Below, piece after piece: positions 62,678 through 64,000 of a stretch of DNA of 64,000 nt. The translations under genes were made by a program, and so were the position numbers. The notes beneath the pieces were generated by a model. That model had not been told where the DNA came from, ran no database searches, and saw nothing but the letters and a program-made list of their open reading frames with translations. The stretch comes from Antedon mediterranea (Eukaryota > Animalia > Echinodermata). Within the stretch, counting starts at the first letter, position 1. Every line of letters begins with the position of its first letter. Location of the stretch: assembly GCF_964355755.1 (NCBI RefSeq), contig NC_092676.1, positions 27,298,871 through 27,362,870 of the forward strand. The letters run 5' to 3'.

Positions 62678-63034
62678 TCTATAGTCACCACTAGGTAGGC
62701 TTACTTCATCATATCAAGGCTTCTATGAATGGATGACTAGTTGGGAGCAGGAACGCTAGGTAGACCAAACCATGAATAACCAAACCCACCGTTTTACGAT
62801 CATTCGGGAAATTCCCTCACGATATATTCAAACGTTGAGAGCGCTCTACTCCATGGAGAGATTTTTTTTTTTTTTTTTGCATCTCCGTATTTTGATTTCA
62901 CACTTGTTTTTTAAGATGTTATACGTGTGAATACAACTTACAGAGATCTTTTTTTTTGCATTTAAATATGTTGCTGTATGTTTATTATCTACGGAAGCCC
63001 GTTTGGGCCACAAGTTAACTATATTTAAAAAGCT

Positions 63035-63264
63035 GCCACTTAATTATCTGGCGGCCGCCACTTAATTATCTGGCGGCCGCCACTTAATTATCTGGCGGCC
63101 GCCACTTAATTATCTGGCGGCCGCCACTTAATTATCTGGCGGCCGCCACTTAATTATCTGGCGGCCGCCACTTAATTATCTGGCGGCCGCCACTTAATTA
63201 TCTGGCGGCCGCCACTTAATTATCTGGCGGCCGCCACTTAATTATCTGGCGGCCGCCACTTAAT
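63035..63264. repeat. Perfect 22-bp tandem repeat, about 10.4 copies, each containing GCGGCCGC
   Basis: Unit GCCACTTAATTATCTGGCGGCC. Confidence 0.96.
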
Positions 63265-64000
63265 AATTAGTACATGTCCCGTCACGTGACATGTACGTGC
63301 ATTGGATCAGAGGTGATGTTGCATATGGAACGCCATCGCTGCCTCCAGCAGTATCCGTATATTTAGTGTGGTTGTTGAATCAACAGTACTATGTAAAGAA
63401 AAATATAACAAGTAAAATAAATATTTCATTTAACCAATTATGAACCACTAAACAAAAAAATCATGCCGCAACGTATCGTAGACGCAACATAAGAAAATAC
63501 TCTTCTATCTATTTTGCATCCCCTCTTACGATCGATAATCAATGACGAACGTAAAACAGAAACGGTTTTGAACACGTCGGTTCCTTATTGTGATGGCACG
63601 TTCTTACGGCGCACTTTGCGTCAATCTGAAAACCAATTTCAGCTCTTAAAATATTTCCCGGGCCAAATTTGACAGTTCGTCCCAATAGCTTATCATGAAC
63701 TAACGGAACTTTACGTTTTATCTTTTTATTGTCAAAATAAAAAATAATGGGTCTACTGTATTCAAATTATGATTTGACAAAAGGCTAAATATAAAGATTA
63801 GCATCTGCGTATTCTGCAAATGTTGCTCGATCGTTAACAACCCGTTAATAGTATATAATTTCGTTAGATTTGTTTGTGCAGTGTCAATTCTCTATTTAAA
63901 TGGTCATTACACAACCGGTAACCTGTTTCTTCCAAAGCTGCCCGTCCTTCAATGTTTAAAGATTTTTATTTTCTTTAGGTACTCATGGCAGGGATAATGC

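Noticed and set aside
22809-63264. Tandem arrays as possible CRISPR arrays
   Set aside because: Units are contiguous with no unique spacers, there are no cas genes, and the context is eukaryotic.

Overview
AT-rich, intron-containing animal genomic DNA. It is probably a marine invertebrate, and an echinoderm-like deuterostome is only a guess. Bases 1-17170 (+) hold the 3' part of midasin (MDN1): about 37 exons covering the linker, the D/E-rich region and the C-terminal MIDAS domain. Bases 18.3-61.4 kb (-) hold a convergent tandem array of seven TRIM-NHL genes (RING/B-box/coiled-coil/NHL propeller), each with its CDS in one exon. Three copies look intact, three are disrupted, one is an NHL-only derivative, and two small relics remain. 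The N-terminal scaffolds are nearly identical while the same NHL blade positions differ in almost every copy, and the copies are mosaics of each other. This suggests a fast birth-and-death, possibly immune, receptor/E3 family. The duplication unit also carried a deleted relic of the MDN1 3' half. Paralogous blocks act as empty-site controls that reveal P-like and hAT-like MITEs, a foldback element, a Helentron-type element carrying two tRNA-Val-like copies, a hammerhead-ribozyme insertion, LINEs (one with a 2A-like motif), TA-CWG-TA excision footprints and a minisatellite grown from a single-copy 52-mer. All coordinates were read by eye and no database search was run.
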